From: a virus
Taxonomy: Duplodnaviria; Caudoviricetes
Direction: 5' to 3' (one strand)
DNA length: 24,790 nucleotides
IMG/VR virus record: IMGVR_UViG_3300031520_000176
Span: 1 to 24,790 of that record
The notes beneath the pieces were generated by a model. That model was not told where the DNA came from, did no database searches, and saw only the letters and a program-made list of their open reading frames with translations. Below are positions 1 to 8,843 of the stretch, piece by piece. The first letter of the stretch is position 1. Every line of letters starts with the position of its first letter. The translations under genes and the position numbers were made by a program.

Positions 1-975
1 CTCCTCCCCGCCGTCGCCCAGCAGCAGGACGGGCGCGGGGCAGGCGTCCAGCACGCCGCGGTAGGCCTCCTCCTCGGGGGCGCCGCGCCGCAGCAAGGGG
101 ACCGCGTCCCGCACGCAGGGCAGCAGCGCCTCGCGCAGGCCGCGCCGCAGCAGGCGCGGGCCGTCCGCGCCCGCCGCGGCCAGACGCTCCCCAGCGAGCA
201 GCAGCAGGCCCTGCCCCCGCTCGCGCGCGGCGGCCAGGGCCACGGCCAGGGCGGCGGGCGCCGCGGCCCCATAGAGCAGGATGGCGCCGACGGCGCGGCG
301 CGTCGGGTGCAGCAGGTAGGCCAGCAGCTCGGGCAGGTCCACGGCAGCGGCCCCGGCGGTGGGCGCGCGGCGCGCGAGGCCCGCCAACTCCGGGTCGAGT
401 GCGTCGTCGCCCAGCAGGTACCAGTGCAGGGCGCGCTCCAGGCGCAGCGGGTACTCGATCGTGGCGACCCCGTCCGGGGGCGGGTCGAGCAGCTCCCAGG
501 CGCGCAGGGGCGCCGTCGGCCTGAGCGCGTGCATGCTCCGCAAGGGGTCGGGATCGTCCAGCGCGAACAGGCGCAGCGCCAGGTACGGGGTCGGGCATGT
601 GTCCCGCGGGTCCCCCTGCAGGTAGCCGATGGCGGTCTTGCAGCGCGTGTTGAGCTCGGGCAGCAGGGCCAGCGCCAGCAGCGCCGTCTCGAAGGGGGTC
701 AGGGCCAGCGCGTCGCGCAGGCGGCCCAGCGGCGAGGCGTCGACGACGGGAGGCAGGGCGAAGGGCCGGTCCAGCCGCGGCGCGGCCGGGTCGAGGGGCA
801 GCAAGGACAGCGGCAGCGGCGGAGACTCCGCGTCGGCCGCGGCCGGGGACTCCGGGTCGGGCGGCTGGGGGAGCGTGGCCAGTAGATCGAACAGCGCGTT
901 GTACACGGCCGTCACGGCGGCCCGGACGCCGGGGTGAATCGAGGGGTAGGGGTCTGCCATCGACTGGGAGTTCAT
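1..975 (-). CDS. AAA+ ATPase, N-terminal winged-helix region (Afp15/Pvc15-like architecture); partial, runs off left edge
   Basis: Not in ORF track; hand translation from ATG at 975 (SD GGAAGG 7 nt upstream) is open to position 1: MNSQSMADPY...SPLGRLRDALALTPFETALLALALLPELNTRCKTAIGYLQGDPRDTCPTPYLALRLF...LRPTAPLRAWELL...LRLERALHWYLLGDDALDPEL, the pattern typical of the N-terminus of this ATPase family. The Walker motifs lie outside the window. Confidence 0.7.
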   Translation of the reverse strand, partial: MNSQSMADPYPSIHPGVRAAVTAVYNALFDLLATLPQPPDPESPAAADAESPPLPLSLLPLDPAAPRLDRPFALPPVVDASPLGRLRDALALTPFETALLALALLPELNTRCKTAIGYLQGDPRDTCPTPYLALRLFALDDPDPLRSMHALRPTAPLRAWELLDPPPDGVATIEYPLRLERALHWYLLGDDALDPELAGLARRAPTAGAAAVDLPELLAYLLHPTRRAVGAILLYGAAAPAALAVALAAARERGQGLLLLAGERLAAAGADGPRLLRRGLREALLPCVRDAVPLLRRGAPEEEAYRGVLDACPAPVLLLGDGGEE

Positions 976-1150
976 GCCATCGCCTTCCGTCGCCACGGCC
1001 GTTCCCCCCTGTGAGGGCGACAGCCACCACACACACCTGTCCCCTACGGTACCACACCCTCGCATGGGCCGCAATCCCCTTGTTGTCCTGGGGTGCGCGC
1101 CAACATTTTTTCGCGCGGGTCACTGTCGTGCGGGTCAACGCGGCACAAGC

Positions 1151-1255
1151 CCTGGGAGCGCCAGCTTCCAGCCGGCCCGGTCACGGGTGAGCGCGTCGGC
1201 GCTGGCGCGCGCTGTGGCGGCAACCGGGGGCCGGCTGGAAGCCGGCGCTCTCAGG
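1151..1255. repeat. REPIN-like inverted pair of 28-bp palindromic units
   Basis: CCTGGGAGCGCCAGCTTCCAGCCGGCCC (1151-1178) and GGGCCGGCTGGAAGCCGGCGCTCTCAGG (1228-1255) are reverse complements at 26/28 positions; intergenic. Confidence 0.8.
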
Positions 1256-1365
1256 AGGCGCTCCCCTGCCTCTACACTGCACGAACGTCGCAACACCTAC
1301 GTAGGCGCGATTCACCATTGCGGAGCGTGTCCGGCGACGCGAGAGTAGGCCGTTTCAGGGGTGCG

Positions 1366-2670
1366 CTACCGCATTTGGGGGGCAAGGACGGTGACGGCGC
1401 CCGGCTCGCCGCCGGCGCTTTTGTCGACCACGAAGACCCTGCCGGTGCGCGGGTCCAGGGCGGCGGCGACGGGTTGCACGCCGGCAGGGATGGTCCCGCG
1501 GACGGCGCCGGTCCTGGCGTCGAGCACGCTGACGCTATCGCCACCGTTGTCGAGCACGTAGACGCGGCCCAGATGCTCGTCCACGGCCATGGCGATAGGG
1601 GACGGCCCGACCGCGACCGTGCGCAGCAGCCGGCCCGTTGCCGCGTCGAGCACGCCGACGGTATTGTCGACCGCGTTGGCGGCGAAGACGCGGCCGGTCG
1701 CGTCGTCCACGGCCAGCGCCTTGGGCAGCTGGCCGACCGCGACCGTGTGCAACAGGGCGCCGCTGGCCGCGTCGAGGGTGCTGACGCGGTCGTTCCAGGC
1801 CACAAAGGCGTGGCCCGTGCGGGCATCGCTGGCGACGGTCCAGGGGATGCTGCTGATGCGCGTGGTGTGGAGCTTCGCCTCGGTGACGGCGTCGAGGGTG
1901 ATGACGCTGTTGCCGAGCTGGTCGGTGACGAAGACGCGGACCGTCGCGTCGTCCACGGCGATGGCGTTGAGGGCGCCGCCGACGGCAATGGTGTCGAGGA
2001 GGACGCCGGACGCGGCGTCGAGCAAGTCCACGCCGTCGTTGCTGATCACGAACACGCGCCGCGCCGGGATGCTGACCGCGAGCGCGTAGGGGTTGGCGCC
2101 GACGGTAACGGTGCGGAGGAGGGCGCCAGTGGACGCGTCGAGCACGCTGATCGTATTGGCGCCGCCGTTGGCGACGAAGGCCAGCTCGGTCCCCTCGTCG
2201 AGCGCGATGGCGTCGGGCTTCGCGCCCACGGCGGTGGTCCGACGGACGGCGCCGGTGGCGGTGTCGAGCAGGCTGACGCTGTTGCCGCCCCCATTGACGA
2301 CGAAAGCGCGTTCCGTCCGCACGTCGATGGCCACGGCGACCGGGCCGGCGCCCACCCCGATCGCGGATGGGAAGGGAGCCCTCACCCCCCCTCCCCCTCT
2401 CCCGGCCGCGGGAGCAACCCTCACCCCCCGCCCCTCTCCCGGCCGCGGGAGAGGGAAGTACGGCTGTGGGACAACCCTCACCCACCCCTCCCGCACGCGG
2501 GACCCCATCCCTCTCCTGGCCGCGGGAGAGGGGGAGTAGAGGCGGTCGTTCGCGGAGGATAGGGCGGCCGGAGCGATGGCGGCGAGTAGGACGATGACGG
2601 CGAGCCCGCGGAATGCGCGATGCGGCGACGATGCGCGAACCATGGTATCCAGGCTATCCATTCTATCCAT
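1366..2670 (-). CDS. Secreted YncE-family / YVTN-repeat beta-propeller protein (paralog 1)
   Basis: About seven repeats of VGxxPxA(L/V)A(V/L)DxxTGRVFVxNxxxNSVSVLDxATG; hydrophobic signal-like segment (RAFRGLAVIVLLAAIAPAALS). Start may be the ATG at 2643. Confidence 0.9.
   Translation of the reverse strand: MDRMDSLDTMVRASSPHRAFRGLAVIVLLAAIAPAALSSANDRLYSPSPAARRGMGSRVREGWVRVVPQPYFPLPRPGEGRGVRVAPAAGRGGGGVRAPFPSAIGVGAGPVAVAIDVRTERAFVVNGGGNSVSLLDTATGAVRRTTAVGAKPDAIALDEGTELAFVANGGANTISVLDASTGALLRTVTVGANPYALAVSIPARRVFVISNDGVDLLDAASGVLLDTIAVGGALNAIAVDDATVRVFVTDQLGNSVITLDAVTEAKLHTTRISSIPWTVASDARTGHAFVAWNDRVSTLDAASGALLHTVAVGQLPKALAVDDATGRVFAANAVDNTVGVLDAATGRLLRTVAVGPSPIAMAVDEHLGRVYVLDNGGDSVSVLDARTGAVRGTIPAGVQPVAAALDPRTGRVFVVDKSAGGEPGAVTVLAPQMR
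2379..2536. repeat. Cluster of four CCCTCACCCC...CTCTCCC-N-GGGAGAGGG palindromic units inside the coding sequence
   Basis: Units at about 2379-2414, 2418-2455, 2475-2502 and 2503-2536; the same family occurs intergenically at 4785-4873 and 10811-10851. Confidence 0.8.
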
Positions 2671-2697
2671 TGGCTACACGTGCCCGCAGGACCGGTG

Positions 2698-4683
2698 TTA
2701 TTGGGCGCTGAAGATGGTGATAGTGCCGGAGGCGCCGCCGGCGCCTTTGTCGACCACGAAGACCCGGTTGGCGCGTGGATCAACGGCCGCGGCGATGGGA
2801 CCGACACCGGCGTGGATGGTACGGCGGACGGCGCCACTGGCGGCGTCGAGCACGGTGACCTGATCGCTGCCGCTGTCGACCACGTAGACGCGGCCGCGCC
2901 GCTCGTCCACGGCCAGGGCCACGGGCGCCTGACCCACGGGCACGGTGCGCAGCAACCGGCCCGTGGTCGCGTCGAGCACGCCGACGGTATTGTCGACCGA
3001 GGCGGCGGCGAAGACGCGGTTGGCGGCCGGGTCGACGGCGAGGACTTTGGGCACCTGGCCGACGGAGACGGTGCGCAGGATGGCGCCGCTGGCGGCGTCG
3101 AGGGTGCTGACGCGGTCGTTGTCCCAGGCCAGGAAGGCATGGCCATTGCGCGGGTCGGTGGCGACGGTCCAGGGGATGCTGCCGACCTTTGTGGTGTGGA
3201 GCTTCGCCTCGGTGGCGGCGTCGAGGGTGATGATGCTGTTGCCGAGCTGGTCGGTGACGAAGACGCGGCGGGTGGCCTCGTCGACGGTCACGGCGTTGAG
3301 GTCGCTGCCGACGGCGGCGGTGTGCAGCAGGCGGCCAGTGGCGGCGTCGAGCGCGTCCACGCCGCTATTGCTGACGACGAAGACGCGACGCACCGCTGTG
3401 CCAACCGCGAGCACGTAGGGGTTGGCGCCGACGGTGACGGTATGCAGGACGGCGCCGCTGGCCGCATTGAGGACGCTGATGGTATTGGCGCCGCCGTTGG
3501 CGACGAAGACGAGTCCCGTCTGCTCGTCGACGCCGATGGCTCCGGGCTGCGCCCCCACGGTGACGGCGCGCAGGACTTTACCCGTGGCGGTGTCGAGCAC
3601 GCTGACGCTGTTGCCGCGCTGATTGACGACGAAGGCGCGGCCGGTCCGCGTGTCCAGGGCCACGGCCATGGGGCCGGCGCCGACCCTGACGGTGCAGGGG
3701 AGGGCGCAGCCAGGGACCGGCGGGACGCGGCCGGGGCGGACTGTTATCCGTGTGGTGTTGCGCAGGCCGCGGTGAGCTGTCCGGGCGATGACCTGCACCT
3801 GGGCCTGGACGGGGTTGGTGGGCTGATAGCGGATGCGCAGGCGAGCGGTGAAGCTGCCTCGCGGGCCGGTCATTCCTTGGGCAGTGAGCCTATAGAGCAC
3901 GACTCTCTGAATCGTGCGCGCGTGCAACCGCTTCCCGTTCTTGACCACGACACGCGACGTGGTACGCGCGGTCTCGACGATGACCGCGATGGCGATGTGG
4001 GTGTGTGGGAAGGTCGTGACCCGCACGGTGAGTATGCGGCCGGAGGTGACCTGGAGCGGCGTCACGCGGACGGTCAGGGCGGCGGATGAGGGGGCCGGCG
4101 TCGGGCTACGGGCGGGGACCGTGCCGGTCACGGGCGGAGATGGGGACGGGCTTGCGTTTGTGATCGGCGCCGGCGCCGTGGGCATGACGGGAGTGGCGGT
4201 CGGGGGTGGAGATGATGTGGCCGTGGCCGTCGGGGTGAGGGTCGCGGTCGCGCTGGGCGAGGGCGACGGGGTGCTGGTCGCCGTGGCCGTGGCCGTGGGC
4301 GTCGCGGTGTTCGTCGCCGTGTTGGTTGGGGTAGCCGTGGCCGTGTTCGTGCTTGTCGGGGTGCTTGTCGGCGTGTCGGTCGGCGTCAGGGTCGCCGACG
4401 CGGTGACAGTGATGGTTGATAGTGGCGTGTCTAATGGGGCTGACGGCAGACCGGGAGATACGAGGTTTGACGCGGGGGAGGGGACGGTAGACGCGCTGTG
4501 TAAGGCAGCGCCAGGCTCTATGGAGCCGGTGGAGGCAGCGGCGAGGGCCGGGCGGAGAGAGGGGCGAGCGGCGTTGCGCGCGCCCGGAATTGTGACGATT
4601 GTGATGCTCAAGAATGTGATGAGACCGATGGTTGCGCCGCGTGCCCTACGTCGCGCCGCCCCGGAACGCCGCGTCATGCTCAT
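2698..4683 (-). CDS. Secreted protein: signal/TM, Thr-Pro-Ala linker, basic beta-rich domain, C-terminal YVTN beta-propeller (paralog 2)
   Basis: 661 aa ORF with SD GAGGAG; PTATATAT low-complexity linker; seven YVTN-type repeats closely similar to its neighbours. Confidence 0.9.
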   Translation of the reverse strand: MSMTRRSGAARRRARGATIGLITFLSITIVTIPGARNAARPSLRPALAAASTGSIEPGAALHSASTVPSPASNLVSPGLPSAPLDTPLSTITVTASATLTPTDTPTSTPTSTNTATATPTNTATNTATPTATATATSTPSPSPSATATLTPTATATSSPPPTATPVMPTAPAPITNASPSPSPPVTGTVPARSPTPAPSSAALTVRVTPLQVTSGRILTVRVTTFPHTHIAIAVIVETARTTSRVVVKNGKRLHARTIQRVVLYRLTAQGMTGPRGSFTARLRIRYQPTNPVQAQVQVIARTAHRGLRNTTRITVRPGRVPPVPGCALPCTVRVGAGPMAVALDTRTGRAFVVNQRGNSVSVLDTATGKVLRAVTVGAQPGAIGVDEQTGLVFVANGGANTISVLNAASGAVLHTVTVGANPYVLAVGTAVRRVFVVSNSGVDALDAATGRLLHTAAVGSDLNAVTVDEATRRVFVTDQLGNSIITLDAATEAKLHTTKVGSIPWTVATDPRNGHAFLAWDNDRVSTLDAASGAILRTVSVGQVPKVLAVDPAANRVFAAASVDNTVGVLDATTGRLLRTVPVGQAPVALAVDERRGRVYVVDSGSDQVTVLDAASGAVRRTIHAGVGPIAAAVDPRANRVFVVDKGAGGASGTITIFSAQ

Positions 4684-4755
4684 GTGTCTGGCTCCTCTCT
4701 GACTCCGACCGGCCGTGCCGCTTGCCGTGAATAGATGATAGCTGATAGATGATGG

Positions 4756-4778
4756 GACGCGCTTAGCATATCATGAAT
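4756..4778 (-). promoter_or_regulatory. Conserved upstream motif with extended -10 (TGnTATGCT) for paralog 2
   Basis: GACGCGCTTAGCATATCATGAAT matches 7102-7124 at 22/23 positions; the minus strand reads TGATATGCT, upstream of the start codon in both genes. Confidence 0.6.
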
Positions 4779-4784
4779 GGGGAA

Positions 4785-4873
4785 CCCTCACCCCCGACCC
4801 ATGACGACTGGCCCCTTGACCCTAGCCGCGGGTCAACGGTCCAGCGTGCTCTCCCGTGCGCGGGAGAGGGGAG
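4785..4873. repeat. REP-like palindrome interrupted by a 48-bp hairpin element (4801-4848)
   Basis: CCCTCACCCCCGACCC [48 bp] CTCTCCCGTGCGCGGGAGAGGGGAG; an uninterrupted version lies reverse-complemented at 10811-10851. Confidence 0.8.
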
Positions 4874-4962
4874 CAGAGGCGAGCATTATTAGTGGTATGG
4901 GCAAACCATCGAGGCGCGCCGACGCCTTTCTCGATCGTGGGAGAGGGACGGGGATGAGGGTG

Positions 4963-7035
4963 TCATTGGGCGCTCAGGATGGTGACGGCGCCGTGCCGGA
5001 CGCTGTTGTAGCCTTTGTCGACGACGAAGATCCGGCCGCTACGCGGGTCCACCGCCGCGGCGACGGGCTGAGGGCCGGCGGGGACGACGCGGCGGACGGC
5101 GCCGTCTACGGCGTCGAGCACGGTGACGCTGTCGCCGCCGCTGTCCAGCACGTAGATGCGGCCGCGGCGCTCGTCGACGGCCAGGGCGCTGGGGGACGGG
5201 CCCACGGACACCGTGCGTCGTCGCGCGCCCGTGGCCGCGTCGAGGACGGTGACGGCGCCGTCGACCGAGTTGGCGACGAAGACGCGGTTCGTGGTCGCGT
5301 CGACGGCGAGGCTCTTGGGCACCTGACCCACGGTGACCGTGCGCAGGATGGCGCCACCCGTCGCATCGAGGGTGCTGACGCGATTGTTCCAGGATACAAA
5401 GGCATGGCCGGTGCGCGGATCGGCGATGACGGCCCAGGGGATGCCGCCGATCCTGGTGGCGCGGCGCACGGCGATGGTAGCGGCGTCGAGGGTGATGATG
5501 CTGTTGCCGAGTTGGTCGGTGACGAAGACGCGACCGGCGGCCTCGTCGACGGTCAGGGCGTTGAGGTCGCTGCCGACGGCGGCGGTGCGCAGGAGGCGCC
5601 CGTCGGCGGCGTCGAGCCCGACCACGCCGTTGTTGCTGATCACGAACACGCGGCGCGCTGTCGCGCCAACCGCGAGCGCATAGGGGTTGGAGCCGACGGT
5701 GACCGTATGCAGGACAGCGCCGCTGGCTGCATTGAGGACGCTGATGGTAGTGGCGCCGCCGTTGGCCACGAAGACGAGCCCCGTCTGCTCGTCGACCGCG
5801 ACGGCATTGGGTTGCGCCCCCACCCTGACCGTGCGCAGGACCGCGCCCGTGGCGATGTCGAGCACGCTGACGCTGTTGCTGCCCCCGTCGACGACGAAGG
5901 CGCGGCCCGTCCGCCCGTCGAGGGCCACGGCGCCGGGCTGGACGCCGACGCTGACGATGCAGGGAAGGGCGCAGCCATGGCGCGACGCGGCAGCGGCGGG
6001 GAGGATGGTCACGCCAGCGGCGGCGCGCAGGGCGCCGTGTGCGGTCTGGGCGATGGCCTCGACCCGCGCCGAAGCCAAGCTGGCGGGTCGATAGAGGATG
6101 CGCAGGCGGACGGCGCCGCGGCCGTGCCGGTCGGTCGTGACCCGCGCGTCGAGCCGGTAGAGGACGACGGTGTGGGATGTCCGCACGCGCACGCGATGCC
6201 CGTGCCTGACCACGTTGCGCGTCGTGGTTCGCGTGGTCTCGACCACGACCGCGAGCGCGACGCGGGTGCGCGGGAGCGTCGTGACCTGGACGATGAGCGT
6301 GTGGCCGGAGGTCACGCGCGGCGGCGTGACACGGACGGACAGCCTGGCGGCGGCCGGAGCCGGGACTGCCGTCGGGCGAGCGTGGGAGGCCGTTGGGGTT
6401 GGGGAGGGCGCTGGAGACGATGGGGACGACGGGGACGGGGTGACATTGGGGCGCGGCGCCGTGGGAGCGGGCATGATCGAGGGCGCGGCCAGGGTTGGAT
6501 AGGGCGTTGCCGTTGGGGCAGGGGTCGCGGTCGCGGTCGGCGACGGGGTATTCGTCGCGGTATTGGCGGCCGTGGGTGTCGGCGGCGGCGTGGGGGTATC
6601 GGTCGCGGTATTCGTCGCGGTAGTGGTGGGGGTGGGGGTCGCGGTCGCGGTGGGCGATGGGGTGTTGGTGGCCGTGCGCGTGCTCGTCGCGGTAGGAGTG
6701 CGGGTGGGTGTATGGGTAGCGGTCCGCGTCGGCGCGGCCGTGGGCTCGCGCGTGCGCGTGGCGGCAATGGTTGCGATTACGGCGGCGCGAACGCCTGGCG
6801 ATTGTGGCGATTGGACGCAGCCTGTGACCCGCGTTGCATGGCAAACGACGGATACCGATGCATGCGAGGCAGCCGGCGGATGCGCCAGGGCGGCCGCCGC
6901 CACGATTGGGGCGCCGATGCGTGCGTCAGGGGCGGCGGTGATGATGCCCGCGCCCAGGATCGTGATGAGGCCCGTTGCCACGATGCGCGCGCGCTGTCGG
7001 TGTCGCGCCGTGGGGCCGTGTCGCGTCGTATCCAT
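4963..7035 (-). CDS. Secreted protein: signal/TM, Thr-Pro-Ala linker, basic beta-rich domain, C-terminal YVTN beta-propeller (paralog 3)
   Basis: Same architecture as 2698-4683; start reassigned to ATG 7035, preceded by SD GGAGGAG (690 aa). Confidence 0.9.
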   Translation of the reverse strand: MDTTRHGPTARHRQRARIVATGLITILGAGIITAAPDARIGAPIVAAAALAHPPAASHASVSVVCHATRVTGCVQSPQSPGVRAAVIATIAATRTREPTAAPTRTATHTPTRTPTATSTRTATNTPSPTATATPTPTTTATNTATDTPTPPPTPTAANTATNTPSPTATATPAPTATPYPTLAAPSIMPAPTAPRPNVTPSPSSPSSPAPSPTPTASHARPTAVPAPAAARLSVRVTPPRVTSGHTLIVQVTTLPRTRVALAVVVETTRTTTRNVVRHGHRVRVRTSHTVVLYRLDARVTTDRHGRGAVRLRILYRPASLASARVEAIAQTAHGALRAAAGVTILPAAAASRHGCALPCIVSVGVQPGAVALDGRTGRAFVVDGGSNSVSVLDIATGAVLRTVRVGAQPNAVAVDEQTGLVFVANGGATTISVLNAASGAVLHTVTVGSNPYALAVGATARRVFVISNNGVVGLDAADGRLLRTAAVGSDLNALTVDEAAGRVFVTDQLGNSIITLDAATIAVRRATRIGGIPWAVIADPRTGHAFVSWNNRVSTLDATGGAILRTVTVGQVPKSLAVDATTNRVFVANSVDGAVTVLDAATGARRRTVSVGPSPSALAVDERRGRIYVLDSGGDSVTVLDAVDGAVRRVVPAGPQPVAAAVDPRSGRIFVVDKGYNSVRHGAVTILSAQ

Positions 7036-7101
7036 GTTCAAAGCTCCTCCCAACTCCGACCAGGCGTTGCTGCTTTGTGCCGCGGGGGCGTGTCATGGGA
7101 C

Positions 7102-7124
7102 GACGCGCTTAGCATATCACGAAT
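7102..7124 (-). promoter_or_regulatory. Conserved upstream motif with extended -10 (TGnTATGCT) for paralog 3
   Basis: GACGCGCTTAGCATATCACGAAT, near-identical to 4756-4778. Confidence 0.6.
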
Positions 7125-7138
7125 CCGCTACAAGGCGC

Positions 7139-7540
7139 TCACGATGGTACGGCCAACCCCTTACGCAACGGAGCGGTAAGTATCTCTACGATGCGGGCAT
7201 ACTCCGCGTCGTCCAGGCGAATATGGGATCGTCGGATCATCGTCTGCTTCAGATCCCGCGCCGCGCTAACCGCATCAATGGATGGAGCATCGCGTAGGAA
7301 GGGATACATCGTGAGGATGCGGACGTCGCAGAGGTAGCGCCACTCGCCGCGCTCCTCGCCATCGTCGTAGAGGGGAAATGACCTCAGCAATGGCGAAGAC
7401 TTTGCGGAACCCGGTCGCGTAGTACACGAGAAGATCGCCCGCCTTAACACTCCAACACTCCCAGGCATATGCCCGAACGATGCCTGACGTAATAGATACG
7501 AGCCGGAACTGGACCAGTCATTGGGAAGCGGGTCCGCGCT
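7139..7540 (-). pseudogene. Frameshifted EVE/PUA-like domain gene remnant
   Basis: Removing the 8-bp tandem duplication AACACTCC (7446-7453 / 7454-7461) joins DPLPNDW...HMPGSV to KAGDLLVYYATGFRKVFAIAEV (EVE-like GDxxxxY motif). A second shift near 7375 returns to PLYDDGEERGEWRYLCDVRIL...SHIRLDDAEYARIVEIL. No convincing start. Confidence 0.6.
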
Positions 7541-7913
7541 CGTCACCTGCCTGTTCCTGTGGCAGCACGGCCCGCCCATGCGCCGGCTTGGCGCGGCAGA
7601 CCTCGCCTTGGATGGGGCTACGTATACGTGCAGCGTCGGTGGTCGAAAACGCATGGGCTATAGCAAGCGTTGGAGCGGCGTCTCGAACATGAATGTGCCC
7701 TTAGATATCGCAACACGTCGCTGCCGTTTCGACCAAAGGTACTGCAAGCTGGCGTAGTCTAACCGAGGGCGAGATATGTGGCTGAATGTTGCACATGGTC
7801 GAGCGGCGCTGTACGCCCGGCAGAGGGGTCCGCCCGCGTGACATCTGGCAGTGAGAGGTGCGAGGTAAGAGACCTCCCCGCGAATGACATGACCCTGCAC
7901 GGGGGTGTGTTCC

Positions 7914-7941
7914 TTGACGGCCGCCGATGCCGTGCTATAAT
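7914..7941 (+). promoter_or_regulatory. Sigma70/SigA-type promoter of the phage-like operon
   Basis: TTGACG (7914-7919), 16-nt spacer, TATAAT (7936-7941), with TG extended -10 at 7933-7934; conspicuous in GC-rich DNA. Confidence 0.85.
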
Positions 7942-7948
7942 CGGCTCA

Positions 7949-7970
7949 TAGTAGAACATCAGTTCTACTA
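7949..7970. promoter_or_regulatory. Operator palindrome, LexA/SOS (Cheo) box GAAC-N4-GTTC
   Basis: TAGTAGAAC-ATCA-GTTCTACTA with perfect 9-bp arms, starting 8 nt after the -10 hexamer, i.e. at the expected transcription start. Confidence 0.8.
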
Positions 7971-8053
7971 AATGGGCGGAGAAAATGCGAAGGGAGGCGG
8001 CGGAGCATGTAGGCATGCGACAACGATCACTCTGACGGAGGAGTGCGGCCAGC

Positions 8054-8203
8054 GTGGGACGAGACGACCGGGGCTTGCGCGCCAATAGTCTGTCTGAGGT
8101 GGGGATGAATGGCGACGACGTCGCGGCGCCGGAAGCGGGCGAGCCGCCCGCGCTCCCAGTGTGGCGGCGATGGCGATGGTTCCCGATGGATGGCGTGCCA
8201 TAA
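8054..8203 (+). CDS. Possible 49-aa leader ORF (MGRDDRGLRANSLSEVGMNGDDVAAPEAGEPPALPVWRRWRWFPMDGVP)
   Basis: GTG start about 10 nt after GGAGGAG; fills the gap between the promoter and the first structural gene; no recognised homology. Confidence 0.3.
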   Translation: MGRDDRGLRANSLSEVGMNGDDVAAPEAGEPPALPVWRRWRWFPMDGVP

Positions 8204-8240
8204 GAGGGAAGGCGGGTGGGGTAAGGATGAGGAGGCGCGG

Positions 8241-8633
8241 ATGCTCGACGGGCGCAAGCTGGCGCGCATGGTGTCCAACCGGGCGCGGGTGCGGCAGGGC
8301 CGGACGCGCACGGTGACGCTGGTCTATCGCCGCCCGGATGAGACGACCTATGTGACGGCGGACGTGGTGTGGAAGCCGCAGGCCTACGCGGAGCCGGTGG
8401 TTTCGCCGGCCCTGGCGGCCGCGGGCCACTCGACTGGGCAGGCGGCGCAGCCGGTGGCGGTGCGGGCGGAGTTCCCGCTGGAGACGGACCCGCGTCCCGT
8501 CTTGCTGGTGGCCGATACGGCGACGGCGACGCCCGAGGCCGTGGCGGCGGCCGCGCGCTACGAGGTCATCTCCTACCGCACCAGCGGCGTCGCGGCCAAC
8601 CGCTGGACGGTGGAGCTGAAGAGGCTACGGTAG
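8241..8633 (+). CDS. Hypothetical phage protein, head-closure / head-tail joining-like (130 aa)
   Basis: ATG 8241 follows SD GAGGAGG; small beta-rich protein with a basic N-terminus and C-terminal YEVISYR...RWTVELKRLR, reminiscent of gpFII/gp16-type proteins. Confidence 0.5.
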   Translation: MLDGRKLARMVSNRARVRQGRTRTVTLVYRRPDETTYVTADVVWKPQAYAEPVVSPALAAAGHSTGQAAQPVAVRAEFPLETDPRPVLLVADTATATPEAVAAAARYEVISYRTSGVAANRWTVELKRLR

Positions 8634-8827
8634 TTGCCAGTGGTCAGTTGCCAGTTGCCAGTTTTCGGTCGTGGTTGAGTACGCTGGCTGTGATAGCCGG
8701 AGTGGTGATAGATATCCGCTGGATCATTGCCGGCGGAACTACTGACAACTGACAACTGACAACTGACAACTGACAACTGGCAACTGGCAACTGGCAACTG
8801 GCAACTGGCAACTGGCAACTGGCAACT
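8631..8827. repeat. Inverted heptamer cassette 1
   Basis: Left arm (AGTTGCC)-type x4 starting in the stop codon TAG; about 70-nt spacer; right arm (ACTGACA)x5 (ACTGGCA)x7 ending 3 nt before SD AAAGGAGG. Confidence 0.95.
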
Positions 8828-8843
8828 CGGAAAGGAGGACGCT

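Noticed and set aside
307-937. Plus-strand ORFs at the left edge
   Set aside because: They overlap the minus-strand ATPase frame, which has a recognisable motif pattern and an SD.
4730-4753. ATAGATG ATAGCTG ATAGATG heptamer run
   Set aside because: Only three units with no complementary arm; not counted as a cassette.
1093-7297. Long plus-strand ORFs (1093-2562, 2620-4089, 4777-7179 and others)
   Set aside because: Antisense shadows of the GC-rich YVTN genes; no SD and no recognisable domains.
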